DNA of 62,745 nucleotides, filler included, from Albugo candida (lineage: Eukaryota), in NCBI GenBank assembly GCA_040437565.1. It is 29 parts of 29 records of this genome, joined end to end, with 100 filler letters (N's around TTAATTAATTAA, not from the genome) between each part and the next. Parts side by side here need not be neighbours in the genome. Positions count along the whole stretch, not along the records: positions 1 to 2,171 come from JBDOQK010000340.1; positions 2,272 to 4,417 come from JBDOQK010000341.1; positions 4,518 to 6,658 come from JBDOQK010000342.1; positions 6,759 to 8,898 come from JBDOQK010000343.1; positions 8,999 to 11,136 come from JBDOQK010000344.1; positions 11,237 to 13,372 come from JBDOQK010000345.1; 23 more parts are not named here. The stretch is one strand, 5' to 3'. A model generated the notes under the pieces. That model saw only the letters and a list, made by a program, of their open reading frames with translations. It made no database searches and was not told where the DNA came from. The stretch's first letter is position 1; each line of letters starts with the position of its first letter. Position numbers and translations under genes: made by a program. Shown here piece after piece: positions 1 to 11,752 of the stretch.

Positions 1-925
1 TAAAAACGCCAAAACGGAGTTTGAACAATTCGGTAGTATAGTAGTGTTACAGAACAAGTTCAATACCACTGATTGTAGTCGAAGATAGTTGTAGTCACGA
101 TGGACGTCGATCGACAATTATTTACTCAGTATATTGTGTGTGAGCCATTTAAATTACATTATAGAGGAGCAACTATTGGTAACGCGAAATTTGACACATG
201 CAGAAAGGGGTATTGATATAAAAGAAAAAGGATATTTTTCAAATATAGAAATGGCGAAGCATAAATGACGCATACGACAAGAAAATTAACAAAAAGAAGA
301 TATTGCAAATGGATTAACTATAACAATGTATATTAAATGAATTGCAATTTTACACATCTATATTTTTTTCATTATTGCTGCACAGCAAGCGCACAGACTG
401 TGGCAAAAAAGTCTAAATTTAACTTTTTTTCTTTTTCAACTCATCTTTATGCTTAGCAGAAAAAAAAAAGAAAGAGAGAGGCAATAAATATACTTACAAG
501 CGTATCTTTAAAGTGTTTCCACTTTAGAAACGACTTCGTTTTTTTACAATCTCAAGCGCTAGTGATTACTCAATGTCGGCTGCCATGACTAAAAAGGTGA
601 AAGGTGAATGTATTTTTCTCAAAGAAATTGTATGTACAAAAGAGCGTTAATTCCTTTGTTTTTTTCTTCGTTACTATCTTTTTTTATCAAGTTAATTATA
701 TTATAAAATGAAACCCTCTAACAACAACAGCGATTCTGGCAATGCCCAAGACTTTTTTTATGCTCCCGTCCCCTCCAGTTAAAGATCTGTCACTAGCCTC
801 GTCAATAACATGGACATTGATAGCTTGCCTGTAACTAATGCTGGTGAAGTAGTAGTACCTATATCAGTGATATTTTTCTTTCTCCTGCTCCTTTCGCTTT
901 TAGATCTGATAAAATTTCTCTTCAA

Positions 926-1819
926 GTGAACGAAGAAGAATATATTTCTCGTGAATATGTTTTTGAAAACTTTACTCTTCCTGAATATGGTGTAATGTTG
1001 ACCAATTCAGTAAATACCAAAGAAGGATTTACTGCTAGTTGGGTTTCTAGATGTGGTCATGCTAAAAGAATAAATGTTTATGTTTACTGTAATGCTCGTA
1101 ATACTGCTGGTGGTAGACCTTGTTTGCAGCCTTATATCAGTAGACAATCTGGTACTAGTTCTATCATTAAAAATTGTCCATTTGCGTGATAAACACGGTT
1201 TAGGCACTAAAAAAAAAGGTAAGATATTATATAATTATTCTTTAAATAATTCAGCCTTGCTAAATCTTTTTTATTCAATAATAGCTAAGCAGCTATGTTG
1301 TAAAACAAACGAAGAAAATCAAGGACCGATTTCTTCCTTTCTACAAGTTAGACATCCCACAAACAGCATCAAATATGGTTTTACCAGTTATAATGTCGCT
1401 AAGGACGGATTTAGACGTAAATTGATAAAGTTTTTATCAGAAACTCTTTACCTGCAAATTTGGTTGAAAGTAAAAAACTTCAAACGTTATTTCATGTGGC
1501 CAGACGTGCTGAATCCAGTGCTGATATTGTTTTCCTTCCGTCAAGAAAAACATTGCAATCATTGACTGGCGAACATTACTCCCTTTTGAAGAAAACTGTT
1601 TTGAATATATTAGCCATCCAATCAAGAATGTCATTCACTTGTGATATTTGGACTAGTGAAGCAAATACAGACTTCCTTGGTGTCGTTGCTCATTTTTTTG
1701 ATTACAACTGTAAGTCCAGACAGATTATCATTGGCTTCGAAGCTTTTACAAAGCTCTCACATAGGTATAGTAGTGCAAAAAAAAACATAATTCTTTTGAA
1801 TAGGTTGCTACGTTGGTAA
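926..1819 (+). pseudogene. Degenerate hAT-superfamily transposase, N-terminal part (BED zinc finger plus first catalytic Asp)
   Basis: BED-like VYC...C...SGTSS...HLRDKH is split over two frames. The hAT motif SFTCDIWTS...FLGVVAHF...IIGF lies in the 1460-1819 ORF, which then ends in frameshifts and stops. Confidence 0.8.
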
Positions 1820-2171
1820 AGTTTTTCTTGACTGGTATAAGACAAAAATTATCTGTTCTTCTAGTGGCTAATTTTTTTAATTACCGAAATAATTGGGTCT
1901 GACCTACTCAGGTATGAAAACTATCTTCAATTTCAACCAATCATTATGAGAAACATAACCATAGGCGATAGGTGACGTCATTTTTTTTCAGCTAATTTTA
2001 AAATGATTGCGTTGTATCTTTTTTTTTTTTCAGAAACGTATACATTCAATTAGGAATACACAGCTTGCAATAATCGTTTCAATTCTCCAACAGATGAACA
2101 ATATCGTATTCGCTGGTGCGCCCTTACTTTTTCTGATACTAAGCTATTGAGTTGGCTTGTCACTCAGTCAA

Positions 2172-2271
2172 NNNNNNNNNNNNNNNNNNNNNNNNNNNNN
2201 NNNNNNNNNNNNNNNTTAATTAATTAANNNNNNNNNNNNNNNNNNNNNNNNNNNNNNNNNNNNNNNNNNNN
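2172..2271. other. Artificial contig spacer N44-TTAATTAATTAA-N44 (first of 28; others start at 4418, 6659, 8899, 11137, 13373, 15591, 17806, 20015, 22204, 24393, 26578, 28749, 30919, 33081, 35239, 37393, 39541, 41680, 43807, 45925, 48043, 50157, 52271, 54377, 56477, 58573, 60662)
   Basis: Identical 100-bp block with stops in all six frames. The contigs between spacers shrink from 2146 to 1989 bp, as in size-sorted concatenation. Confidence 0.98.
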
Positions 2272-4417
2272 TTCCTTGTCGAGTAGTTGAATGTACTGAT
2301 TCTGGAAGAGTGCTTCGAAGTCCATGTTCATTTAAAATGTTTAGTATATATTCTCGATTTGAAGAACTTATTTTAAAATCAACATTAAAATCGCCAGCAA
2401 TGATAATACGATCAAATGAAAAATTGAAAATATACGATAAAGACTGATGCAATATTTGTTGAGTAGGTTGTGGAGAGATATATATGCTGCAATATAAATC
2501 TAGATTTAAAGCAACAATCGCAACACTCACAGTATGACTACCTTGTCGAAATACACGATTATGTGATGTGACTTGTGAGGGATGGAAACGTTCTAAAAGA
2601 CTTTGAGATATATAACAACGTGCACCAATTTTTTCTGTTTGGGTCGACTTATCGGCAGTAGAGATCATAGTAAATCCAGGAATATCGAAACGATCGTTAG
2701 GATTTGTCCATGTTTCATTTAATAAAATAATATCAGAAGAAAGATATACTTTATCGGATATGATTTGTCTAAAGTTGGGTCCTAGACCCTCCACGTTGTG
2801 CGATATGACTTGGATGCTAGTGTTGGATATTTCACGGCTCGATAAATGAGAAAAGTGAGGATTTAGTAATACGTCTTCTTGACGGCACATTTCAACATAA
2901 AGATCACTATGTTCATCTGCAGAGATAGAATTAGGAGGGATGAATTTGTTTTCTTTGCATATAAGCTTCAATCCAGCTGCCTTAGTTGCTCTAGATGCTG
3001 CAACGTACATGGATAATCGCTTCATTCTCTTACGACCAGTATCATAGACTACTACAGAATCATACGTTCCACCTTGAGATTTGTGGACGGTCAATGCCTC
3101 TGCTGGCACTATGGGAAATTGCTTACGACTTAATTGTAATGATCCATTTTTTGATGAAGCAACAATACCAGTAGATGGTGAAATCATGGTCCATGATTCT
3201 TCAGCGATGTTAGCATTTCTTCTTATTCTTTCTTGTGATTTGCGTAAGTTTAAGGCTGAACGTTCTTCTTCGAATTCAATCCATAATCGCATTGGTTTTT
3301 TTTCAACAGCTGTATTTGAAGACACACTTACTTCTGTATCTTCATTGTTATTATTTGATACTATTCTACCATAATCAATTCTTCTTAAGTAGCCTGTGGA
3401 TCCATTAACAATGCCATCACTTGTATCGATATTAATTGAAACCATATATCTTGCACCCACCCTAAGCAAAAGATTCTATAATAACCCTTTATTAACCAAG
3501 TTAGAATGGTTTGAAGAATCTGCTCTATTCATTAAATGATCAATTGCGCTTTGGTTAGCTCGACTACCAAGAACTCGATCAAAAGCAGTGGATACCGCAC
3601 CATCTACATCTGACATTGATAATAAAATCGTAGAATTTGCTGTATCAACTTCCAAATTGGTTTTGAAAAGACAAATTCTTCTACTTGCTTGTAGTGATGA
3701 GATGGTATTAATAGCTGCTTCTTCTTCCGAAGTATTATTACGAATGTTATCAAAAGCTTGTGTAGTACGATTAAGGTCTAAGTGAGGTAAAACTAGTGCA
3801 TTTGAGCGAGTTGATTGTAATTCAGCAGAATTCAATTCTAACATACAAGACTTGATTATTGCGAGGTCGTCATTACTCATTTTACCAACTGCCATGTTAT
3901 TCAAACAGACGGCGAAACTTTGATCTCCACGCTGGCGCATAATTTCTGTTAATCTAAAAACGGAGAACCGCTGCCATAGATTTAATGATCGTGAAGTTCT
4001 TGAATAAATGTTTTTGGCTAGTACACTAGGAAGCTGATTAAAGTCACCAACACAAAGAACAGAAATACCACCAAAAGGCAAATTCAAATCAAATATATAG
4101 CGAAGACGCTGATCGATATGTGAAAACATTTTGTCGGACACCATACTGATTTCATCGATTACAACCAGCTTAAGATCTTTTAACCCAACAGACATAGAAT
4201 GGCTAACCTCTCTAGACAGCTCGCTGAGACCATCATTGGAAGATCTTTGTTGGCTTACAGGTAAACTAAATGCACTATGTACTGTTTGACAATTAATGTT
4301 AAATGCAGCTTTCCCGGTGGGAGCAGTCAAGAGAACAGTTGGTGTTGATGTATCACGATCAAATTCACGATTCAAAGCTTCATACAATACTTTAATTAGC
4401 ATGCTTTTACCGACACC
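2272..4417 (-). mobile_element. Helitron (Helentron/Helitron2-like) PIF1 helicase fused to an EEP/AP-endonuclease domain; partial, with one in-frame TAG at 3476-3478
   Basis: PIF1 motifs: GVGKS at the contig edge, APTGKAA, VIDEISMV, GDFNQL, EIMRQ, VNG, QFP...TVHKSQG, YVAASRA. Then EEP motifs HNVEGL, LNETW, IYISP, AGDFNVD. The two listed ORFs are in the same frame. Confidence 0.88.
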
Positions 4418-4517
4418 NNNNNNNNNNNNNNNNNNNNNNNNNNNNNNNNNNNNNNNNNNNNTTAATTAATTAANNNNNNNNNNNNNNNNNNNNNNNNNNN
4501 NNNNNNNNNNNNNNNNN

Positions 4518-4554
4518 TGGGAACTTTTTTTAACCTCGCCATTTAGAGGAAGGT

Positions 4555-4601
<47 letters not shown>
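4518..4601 (+). rRNA. 18S rRNA: 18S rRNA 3' end
   Basis: GTCGTAACAAGGTTTCCGTAGGTGAACCTGCGGAAGGATCATTA. Confidence 0.97.
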
Positions 4602-4819
4602 CCACACCTAAAAAACTTTCCACGTGAACCGTATTAACAATTATAATTGGGGGTGATCTTAATGGAGGCTACTAGTCATTTTGGCTGGAGGCTACTATCG
4701 AGTGAACCTTATCATGGCGAAAAACTAGACTTTTGTTTGGTGAAGTAGTGAAAATTTTAAACCTTACTTAAATACTGATTATACTGTGGGGACGAAAGTC
4801 TCTACTTTTATTCTAGATA
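4602..4819 (+). other. ITS1, oomycete (Peronosporaceae-like)
   Basis: Starts CCACACCTAAAAAACTTTCCACGTGAACCGTA and ends TACTGATTATACTGTGGGGACGAAAGTCTCT...TAGATA, both typical of Phytophthora/downy mildew ITS1. Confidence 0.9.
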
Positions 4820-4978
4820 ACAACTTTCAGCAGTGGATGTCTAGGCTCGCACATCGATGAAGAACGCTGCGAATTGCGATACGTAATGCGAATTGCTAAA
4901 TTCAGTGAGTCATCGAAATTTTGAACGCATATTGCACTTCTTGGGCTAGTCCTACGAAGTATGCCTCTATCAGTGTCC
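4820..4978 (+). rRNA. 5.8S rRNA: 5.8S rRNA (ends approximate)
   Basis: CAACTTTCAGCAGTGGATGTCTAGGCTCGCACATCGATGAAGAACGCTGCG...TTTGAACGCATATTGC. Confidence 0.96.
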
Positions 4979-5478
4979 ACATATCAAACTTGGTTTTCTT
5001 TTATCGTGTATTCGATAAAGGATATGCCAGATGTGAAGTGTCTTGCGGTTGATTTTCGAATTGACTACGAGTCCTTTTAAATATATGACTGTACATCTCA
5101 TGCTAGAAAAGCGTGACGATACTAATTTGAAGGCTGTCCGTGCTGACCTGTCGGTGACTAGTTTGTTAACTGTGACTATATATATGAAGAAGTATTCGAT
5201 TCGCGGTATGATTGGCCGTTCGGCTGGACTACGTGTATTGGATCTTTTTTATGTATGAAGAAGTATTCGATTTGCGGTATGATTGGCCGCTCGGCTGGAC
5301 TACGTTTATTGGATCTTTTTCTGGTTGTGGTAGATGAATAGGTAAACCGTAGTTGCATGTGTGACTTGGCTTTTGTACTTGTATTGTCAGTGCGAAGTAA
5401 AGCGTCAACTTCGGTTGTCGAGACGTCGACCTTTTGGGAAATGTGTTGTAAAGCTTCGGCTGCACTTCACCTCAAATG
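4979..5478 (+). other. ITS2 containing a ~71-bp tandem duplication (5183-5320)
   Basis: Lies between 5.8S and 28S; carries two near-identical copies of TATGAAGAAGTATTCGATTYGCGGTATGATTGGCCG...TTGGATCTTTTT. Confidence 0.9.
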
Positions 5479-5818
5479 GACCTGATATCAGGCAAGATTA
5501 CCCGCTGAACTTAAGCATATTAATAAGCGGAGGAAAAGAAACTAACAAGGATTCCCCTAGTAACGGCGAGTGAAGCGGGATGAGCTCAAGCTTAAAATCT
5601 CTGTCACAAATTTATTTTGTGCGGCGAATTGTAGTCTATAGAGGCGTGATCAGTGTAGGTACTTGAGATAAGTTTCTTGAAAAAGAACAGCATGGAGGGT
5701 GAAACTCCCGTTCATACTTAAGTGGCTTGCACGTACGATCCGTTTTCTTTGAGTCGCGTTGTTTGAGAATGCAGCGCAAAGTAGGTGGTAAATTCCATCT
5801 AAAGCTAAATATTGGTGC

Positions 5819-5852
<34 letters not shown>

Positions 5853-6618
5853 ATGAAAAGAACTCTGAAAAGAGAGTTAAAGAGTACCTGAAACTGCTGA
5901 AAGGGAACCGAATCGTTTCTAGTGTCTATAATCTATGACATATTTCATTGGGAAGTATGTGCGTGTGTATACTATGGCAGCGGCTTTTTTTGAGCTGCGC
6001 TTGGTGTGCGTGCTGTATGTGCTAACTGGTGCCCTGTGTTATAGTGGGACGTCAAGGTCAGTTTGTATGCTGCGGGAAATGGCTACTAGGGAGGTAGGGC
6101 TTACGCTTGCGTTTGTCTATTATATCTTGGTAGTTGTGTCGTGGTTGAGACTGAGGTGTTCTACAACGTGCTTATGAGTGGGTCTGTGTCTCCGTGTGCG
6201 CCGTGTGCAGATAGCTTGCTATGTGTGTGTGGTGGTGTGTGGATTGATGTGGGCTTTAACTTGTCGCCGTTCGGGACTTTGGCGAAATAGAGCGATTTGA
6301 CCCGTCTTGAAACACGGACCAAGGAGTCTAACATGTGTGCAAGTGTTAGGGTGTGGAAACCCCAGCGCGAAATGAAAGTAAAGGATAGTGCAAAGTATCT
6401 GAGGTAGGAAATGTTATGAACTTCGGTTTATGGCGTGGCACTATCGACCGATCATGAACCCTCGTGGTGAAAGATTTGAGTTTGAGCACATATGTTGGTA
6501 CCCGAAAGATGGTGAACTATGCCTGAGTAGGGTGAAGCCAGGGGAAACTCTGGTGGAAGCTCGTAGCGATTCTGACGTGCAAATCGATCGTCAAACTTGG
6601 GTATAGGGGCGAAAGACT

Positions 6619-6651
<33 letters not shown>

Positions 6652-6658
6652 ATTTCCC
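5479..6658 (+). rRNA. 28S rRNA: 28S rRNA 5' part (D1-D3), truncated by the contig end
   Basis: ACCCGCTGAACTTAAGCATAT, AACAAGTACCGTGAGGGAAAG, GACCCGTCTTGAAACACGGACC, ACCCGAAAGATGGTGAACTATGCC. Confidence 0.97.
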
Positions 6659-7689
6659 NNNNNNNNNNNNNNNNNNNNNNNNNNNNNNNNNNNNNNNNNN
6701 NNTTAATTAATTAANNNNNNNNNNNNNNNNNNNNNNNNNNNNNNNNNNNNNNNNNNNNAAAAAAAGAGTGAGTACCCTACAAAAAGAGTGAGTACACTAT
6801 GGCGAAAATATTGCAGGAAAATCATCTATGATTGGATGGTGGTTCCTCCAATTTTTACTAAAAAATATTGGATGGGATTAGGCTGGCATCAATTTTTCCC
6901 TCTAAAATTGGAGTGCCTCCGTGCAATATTTATTGGATGGGCCTTACTCCAATATGATATGATATTCATCCAATAAAATATTGGTCGGTTCAGTACAATA
7001 ATAATATTCTTTTCTATTCCTTTATTTTTAGGCAGATAATATATAATAATAGTACGCGTTTCTCTATTGATTTATTTGATTAATTTAAAATATAATAATA
7101 CTAATACTACTACTGATGAAAAAGATCTACAATTGTTATAGGAAACACTGTAAAACTTAAATAGCACACCTTGCTTGCTTTACGAGTTGCATACAATAAC
7201 AGTTCAATCAAATACAATTTATCCTTACAGCGCCTACACTTATACGTCAATTAAAAGCATCTCCTTTTCAAGCTAATTAAAAAAAAATAGTAAGTAAAAC
7301 AGATGTTACATACTCTTCCTTACAAAAGGCTTCTTTTACCTAAAACCTTCTTTATAAGAATCATAATTAAACAGAATGTAATTGAGATTTACTACATAAT
7401 AAAATAATAATTACTACCAAGTGTTTTGTCATAACTAAGTATTAATTACCTTTATCACGCTAAAAGAAGCAAAACAGAACAACTTCCTACACAAAGCAAA
7501 TTAGAATCAAGCTCAAAGAAACATTATATACACAAAGACGTACCATAGCACACTTTAAGTGAGTGCAGACAACTGTATAAAGAAAAGTTAAACACGTTGA
7601 ATCATCCAAGAAAAAAAATATTACCAAATAAAAGTTTCATTCAATGTTTACACAACATGAGATGACCACAACACAAAAAGCAGATTAAG

Positions 7690-8840
7690 AAAGGAAAAAG
7701 ATCAGCGTATACACCACAACCCAGTTGAGCAATGGAAACAATAAAAGTTAAACAAGAACAAGACAATATAGAACTATTAAAAGTTAAAGAAAGAAAAACG
7801 AGTTAGTTTATAGAGTAAACCATATTAGATCTACTTTTACCTTTTGAATTAAAGAAAATAAAAAGATCAGCGTATACACCACAACCCAGTTGAGCAATAG
7901 AAACAATAAAAGTTAAACAAGAACAAGACAATATAGAACTATTAAAATTTAAAGAAAGAAAAACAAGTTAGAATGCAGAACAAACCATATTAAATCTACT
8001 TTTACCTTTTTAATTAAAGAAAAAAAAAGATCAGCGTATACACCATGACCTAATTGAGCAGTAGAAACAATAAAAGTTAAACAAGAACAAGACAATATAG
8101 AACTATTAAAAGTTAAGGAAAGAAAAACAAGTTAGAATACAGAACAAACCCATACTAGATCTACATTTACCTTTTCCATTAAAGAAAAAAAAGATCAGCG
8201 TATACACCATGACCTAATTGAGCAGTAGAAACAAGAACAGTTAAACAAGAACAGCATTATATAGAACTATCAAAAGTTAAAGAAAAAAAACAAGTTAGAA
8301 TACAGAACAAACCATATTAAATCTACTTTTACCTTTTTAATTAAAGAAAAAAAAAGATCAGCGTATACACCATGACCTAATTGAGCAGTAGAAACAATAA
8401 AAGTTAAACAAGAACAAGACAATATAGAACTATTAAAAGTTAAGGAAAGAAAAACAAGTTAGAATACAGAACAAACCCATACTAGATCTACATTTACCTT
8501 TTCCATTAAAGAAAAAAAAGATCAGCGTATACACCATGACCTAATTGAGCAGTAGAAACAAGAACAGTTAAACAAGAACAGCATTATATAGAACTATCAA
8601 AAGTTAAAGAAAAAAAACAAGTTAGAATACAGAACAAACCATATTAAATCTATTTTTACCTTTTTAATTAAAGAAAAAAAAAGATCAGCGTATACACCAT
8701 GACCTAATTGAGCAGTAGAAACAATAAGAGTTAAACAAGAACAACATAATATAGAACTATCAAAAGTTAAAGAAAAAAAACAAGTTAGAATACAGAAGAA
8801 ACCCATACTAGATCTACATTTACCTTTTCAACTAAAAAAA
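7690..8840. repeat. Tandem array of ~7 units of 163-165 bp, with a 327-bp higher-order dimer
   Basis: The anchor ATCAGCGTATACACCA recurs at 7701, 7866, 8030, 8194, 8357, 8521 and 8684. Alternate units are the most similar. Confidence 0.95.
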
Positions 8841-8998
8841 ATCGTTCTAGGTTGGTGTCTCTATGCATCATGGTCCAATTGAACAATAGAAATTATAANN
8901 NNNNNNNNNNNNNNNNNNNNNNNNNNNNNNNNNNNNNNNNNNTTAATTAATTAANNNNNNNNNNNNNNNNNNNNNNNNNNNNNNNNNNNNNNNNNNNN

Positions 8999-11136
8999 GC
9001 AATCGTTCCTGGGTAGCTTGAACTATTACAGTCGTTTTATAGAAGATTTTGCAGTATATGCATCTGTGTTGCACGAGTTACGAGAGGCGGACTTTTTCGA
9101 GATGAGCCATGTGGGAGATCGTGATGCTATGTCGGTGAGTTGCGATAACACATCACAAGGAGGTGAGCATGATCCAAATGAGCGATCTCGGTGGGAAAGG
9201 GCCGCCATTGCATTCACTTTGCTGAAGGCCAAGATCGCTACAACCTCGATCCTCAAACATTTCGGTCCATATCGACTTCCAGTGATCGTGGTATATGCTA
9301 GTAAGTGGGCAGTATCGGCATCTCTATTGCAAGAATATGACGGCATATACTGGCCGGTGACATTCACGAGTCGCACACTGAAGCCGAATGAAGTTAATTA
9401 TGGTATGGTGGAGAAAGAAGTTTTAGCCCTACTTCGAATCTTGGGAGTGTGCTACACTATGCTAGTATCCCGAGAGATCAGAGTGCTCACTCGATATTTA
9501 ACATTAGCTTGGCAAGTTCAATCTTCTGGCCTCAATGGGAGACTGGAAAGATGGTATGCGCTGCTATCGAATTGGACACTGGAGGTCAAGAGATGTAACA
9601 AAGGAGATGATGAAATACTAGGCGCTCTCGCAGCTAGTATTACTCCGCGAGATGAGGTAGATGATGTGTTGATTGCAATCGCTCCACAGAATCACTTTCC
9701 AATCCTCCATCTACAGCCCAAGTGTCTTCTCCGGTCTTCCGAGTGGACTCCCAGCATCCTTCCCAGTTTCGGTCGTCAAGCTCTGCACCCTTCAACAACC
9801 CTTGACAGAGGATCAAGAGGATTTGCGACAACTGATATGGAAGAGTCGTCACCTGTTGATCGGAAAAGGAAATGCATTACCCCCTGCAGCACGCGGGCCT
9901 GTTTGTAATATTGATGTGGGAGAGGCGAGGCCGATTGCTCAGCGTGTACGACCTGTTACGCCAAAATTTTCGTGAGAAGTTGGCCGATATGATAAAAGGC
10001 CTGTTTTCAGCCAAGATTATCTGACCTTCGACATCGTCGTGGGCATCACCAATAGTCGTGATTATTAATAAAAATGGAGAAGATATCCGACTGTGTATCG
10101 ACTATCGACGAGTTAATCAGATAACACAGCTGATGGTGTACCCTATGCCACTTATCAGTGAATTGTTGCAGGACATGGACAAAGCAATGTGTTATTGTTC
10201 GCTGGATATGGCGAGTGGTTTTTGGGTGGTAGAGATGACCGAACGAGCAAGATCGATCTCTGCATTTATCACGCCGCCAGGTCTGTTTGAATGGTTGAGG
10301 ATGCCTTTTGGATTGAAGAACGCCCCACATATTTGTCAGCGTTTGATTGATAATGCTCTATATGAGTATCTCAAGATCGGCGCAGATAAGGATGTGAATG
10401 CAACGGATCATCCTAAGTTAACTGATAAGTTTATGTAGGGAGAGCCGGAAATGGATTAAGCGCCGTCCGTGCTAGGCAGGAGATCTTATATTGACGATAT
10501 ATTGATCCCGGCTACGTCATGGATATCTTTGTATGACAAGGTCGAAAGATTATTGACAGCATGCGATCTATGGAATCTGTCGATCAGTCTGACCAAGAGT
10601 TTTTGGGGACGGCGTAAAGTGGATTACTTAGGTCATCAGGTATCATTGGCTGGGTTGGAGGCCAATTCTAAAGAAATAGGATCGCTGGTGAATATTCCTT
10701 TTCCCACAACTTCGCGATCCATGCAATCGTTCCTGGGTAGCTTGAACTATTACAGTCGTTTTATAGAAGATTTTGCAGTATATGCATCTGTGTTGCACGA
10801 GTTACGAGAGGCGGACTTTTTCGAGATGAGCCATGTGGGAGATCGTGATGCTATGTCGGTGAGTTGCGATAACACATCACAAGGAGGTGAGCATGATCCA
10901 AATGAGCGATCTCGGTGGGAAAGGGCCGCCATTGCATTCACTTTGCTGAAGGCCAAGATCGCTACAACCTCGATCCTCAAACATTTCGGTCCATATCGAC
11001 TTCCAGTGATCGTGGTATATGCTAGTAAGTGGGCAGTATCGGCATCTCTATTGCAAGAATATGACGGCATATACTGGCCGGTGACATTCACGAGTCGCAC
11101 ACTGAAGCCGAATGAAGTTAATTATGGTATGGTGGA
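8999..11136 (+). mobile_element. Degenerate oomycete-type Ty3/Gypsy pol (RT + RNase H), permuted, with a 414-bp direct repeat at both contig ends
   Basis: RT motifs IRLCIDYR, SLDMASGFW, RMPFGLKNAP, YIDD. RNase H motifs VYASKWAV, SRTLK...NY...EKEVLA. Several stops. 8999-9412 is repeated at 10723-11136. Confidence 0.92.
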
Positions 11137-11752
11137 NNNNNNNNNNNNNNNNNNNNNNNNNNNNNNNNNNNNNNNNNNNNTTAATTAATTAANNNNNNNN
11201 NNNNNNNNNNNNNNNNNNNNNNNNNNNNNNNNNNNNCTGCTACTTTGGTAACTTCGAACGCTTCCAACAGCTTTCCTTCGATATTTTTTCTAAGTCTAAT
11301 CATTAACTTTAGTTAAAAGCCTGAAGTACTTTTTGTTTTTGATCGGAAAACTGAACATGTTTGAAGTAGGTTCTTTCTCGAATATCCCTTTCTGGTAGAG
11401 CGCTCTAGTACGTTAATTTGTTTATCAAAACATGTTGCAAAATAGGCGTTTTTAGCGACTTATCAACGGTTGGATTCAAGCTCGTTGAAAATCGTTGACT
11501 TAACTCTCCGTATTACAGGTCTGTTGATGAAATTATTATTGGTATTAAAAAGCTCAGCACCAACACTTTGCAAATTCCAGTATGGTTGATTTTGTTCCTT
11601 GGGAAAAGTAGCAGTAAATAACCGCAAGTAAATCCCCTTTTATAGACGAGAAGAATATGAAGAAAGTGGCTTGTTTCAAAAAGTAAACAAGTAAAGATAT
11701 AAATCTATCAAGTAGCGGGTTTTTTACGTTCTTTCGTACTTATTTAATAAAA

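Noticed and set aside
2172-2271. Regularly spaced TTAATTAATTAA motif as a CRISPR-like or biological repeat
   Set aside because: It is always embedded in N44 runs, so it is an assembly linker. ORFs ending XXX...LIN or XXX...N are artefacts of it.
3476-3478. TAG recoding or an alternative genetic code
   Set aside because: It is a single instance; the other long AT-rich ORFs are open without internal TAGs, so mutation or error is simpler.
5043-6177. Short ORFs inside the rDNA contig
   Set aside because: They overlap ITS2 and 28S rRNA and are spurious.
7690-8840. Satellite as a protein-coding repeat exon array
   Set aside because: Poly-T length varies between units, and the phases tested hit stops or shift frame.
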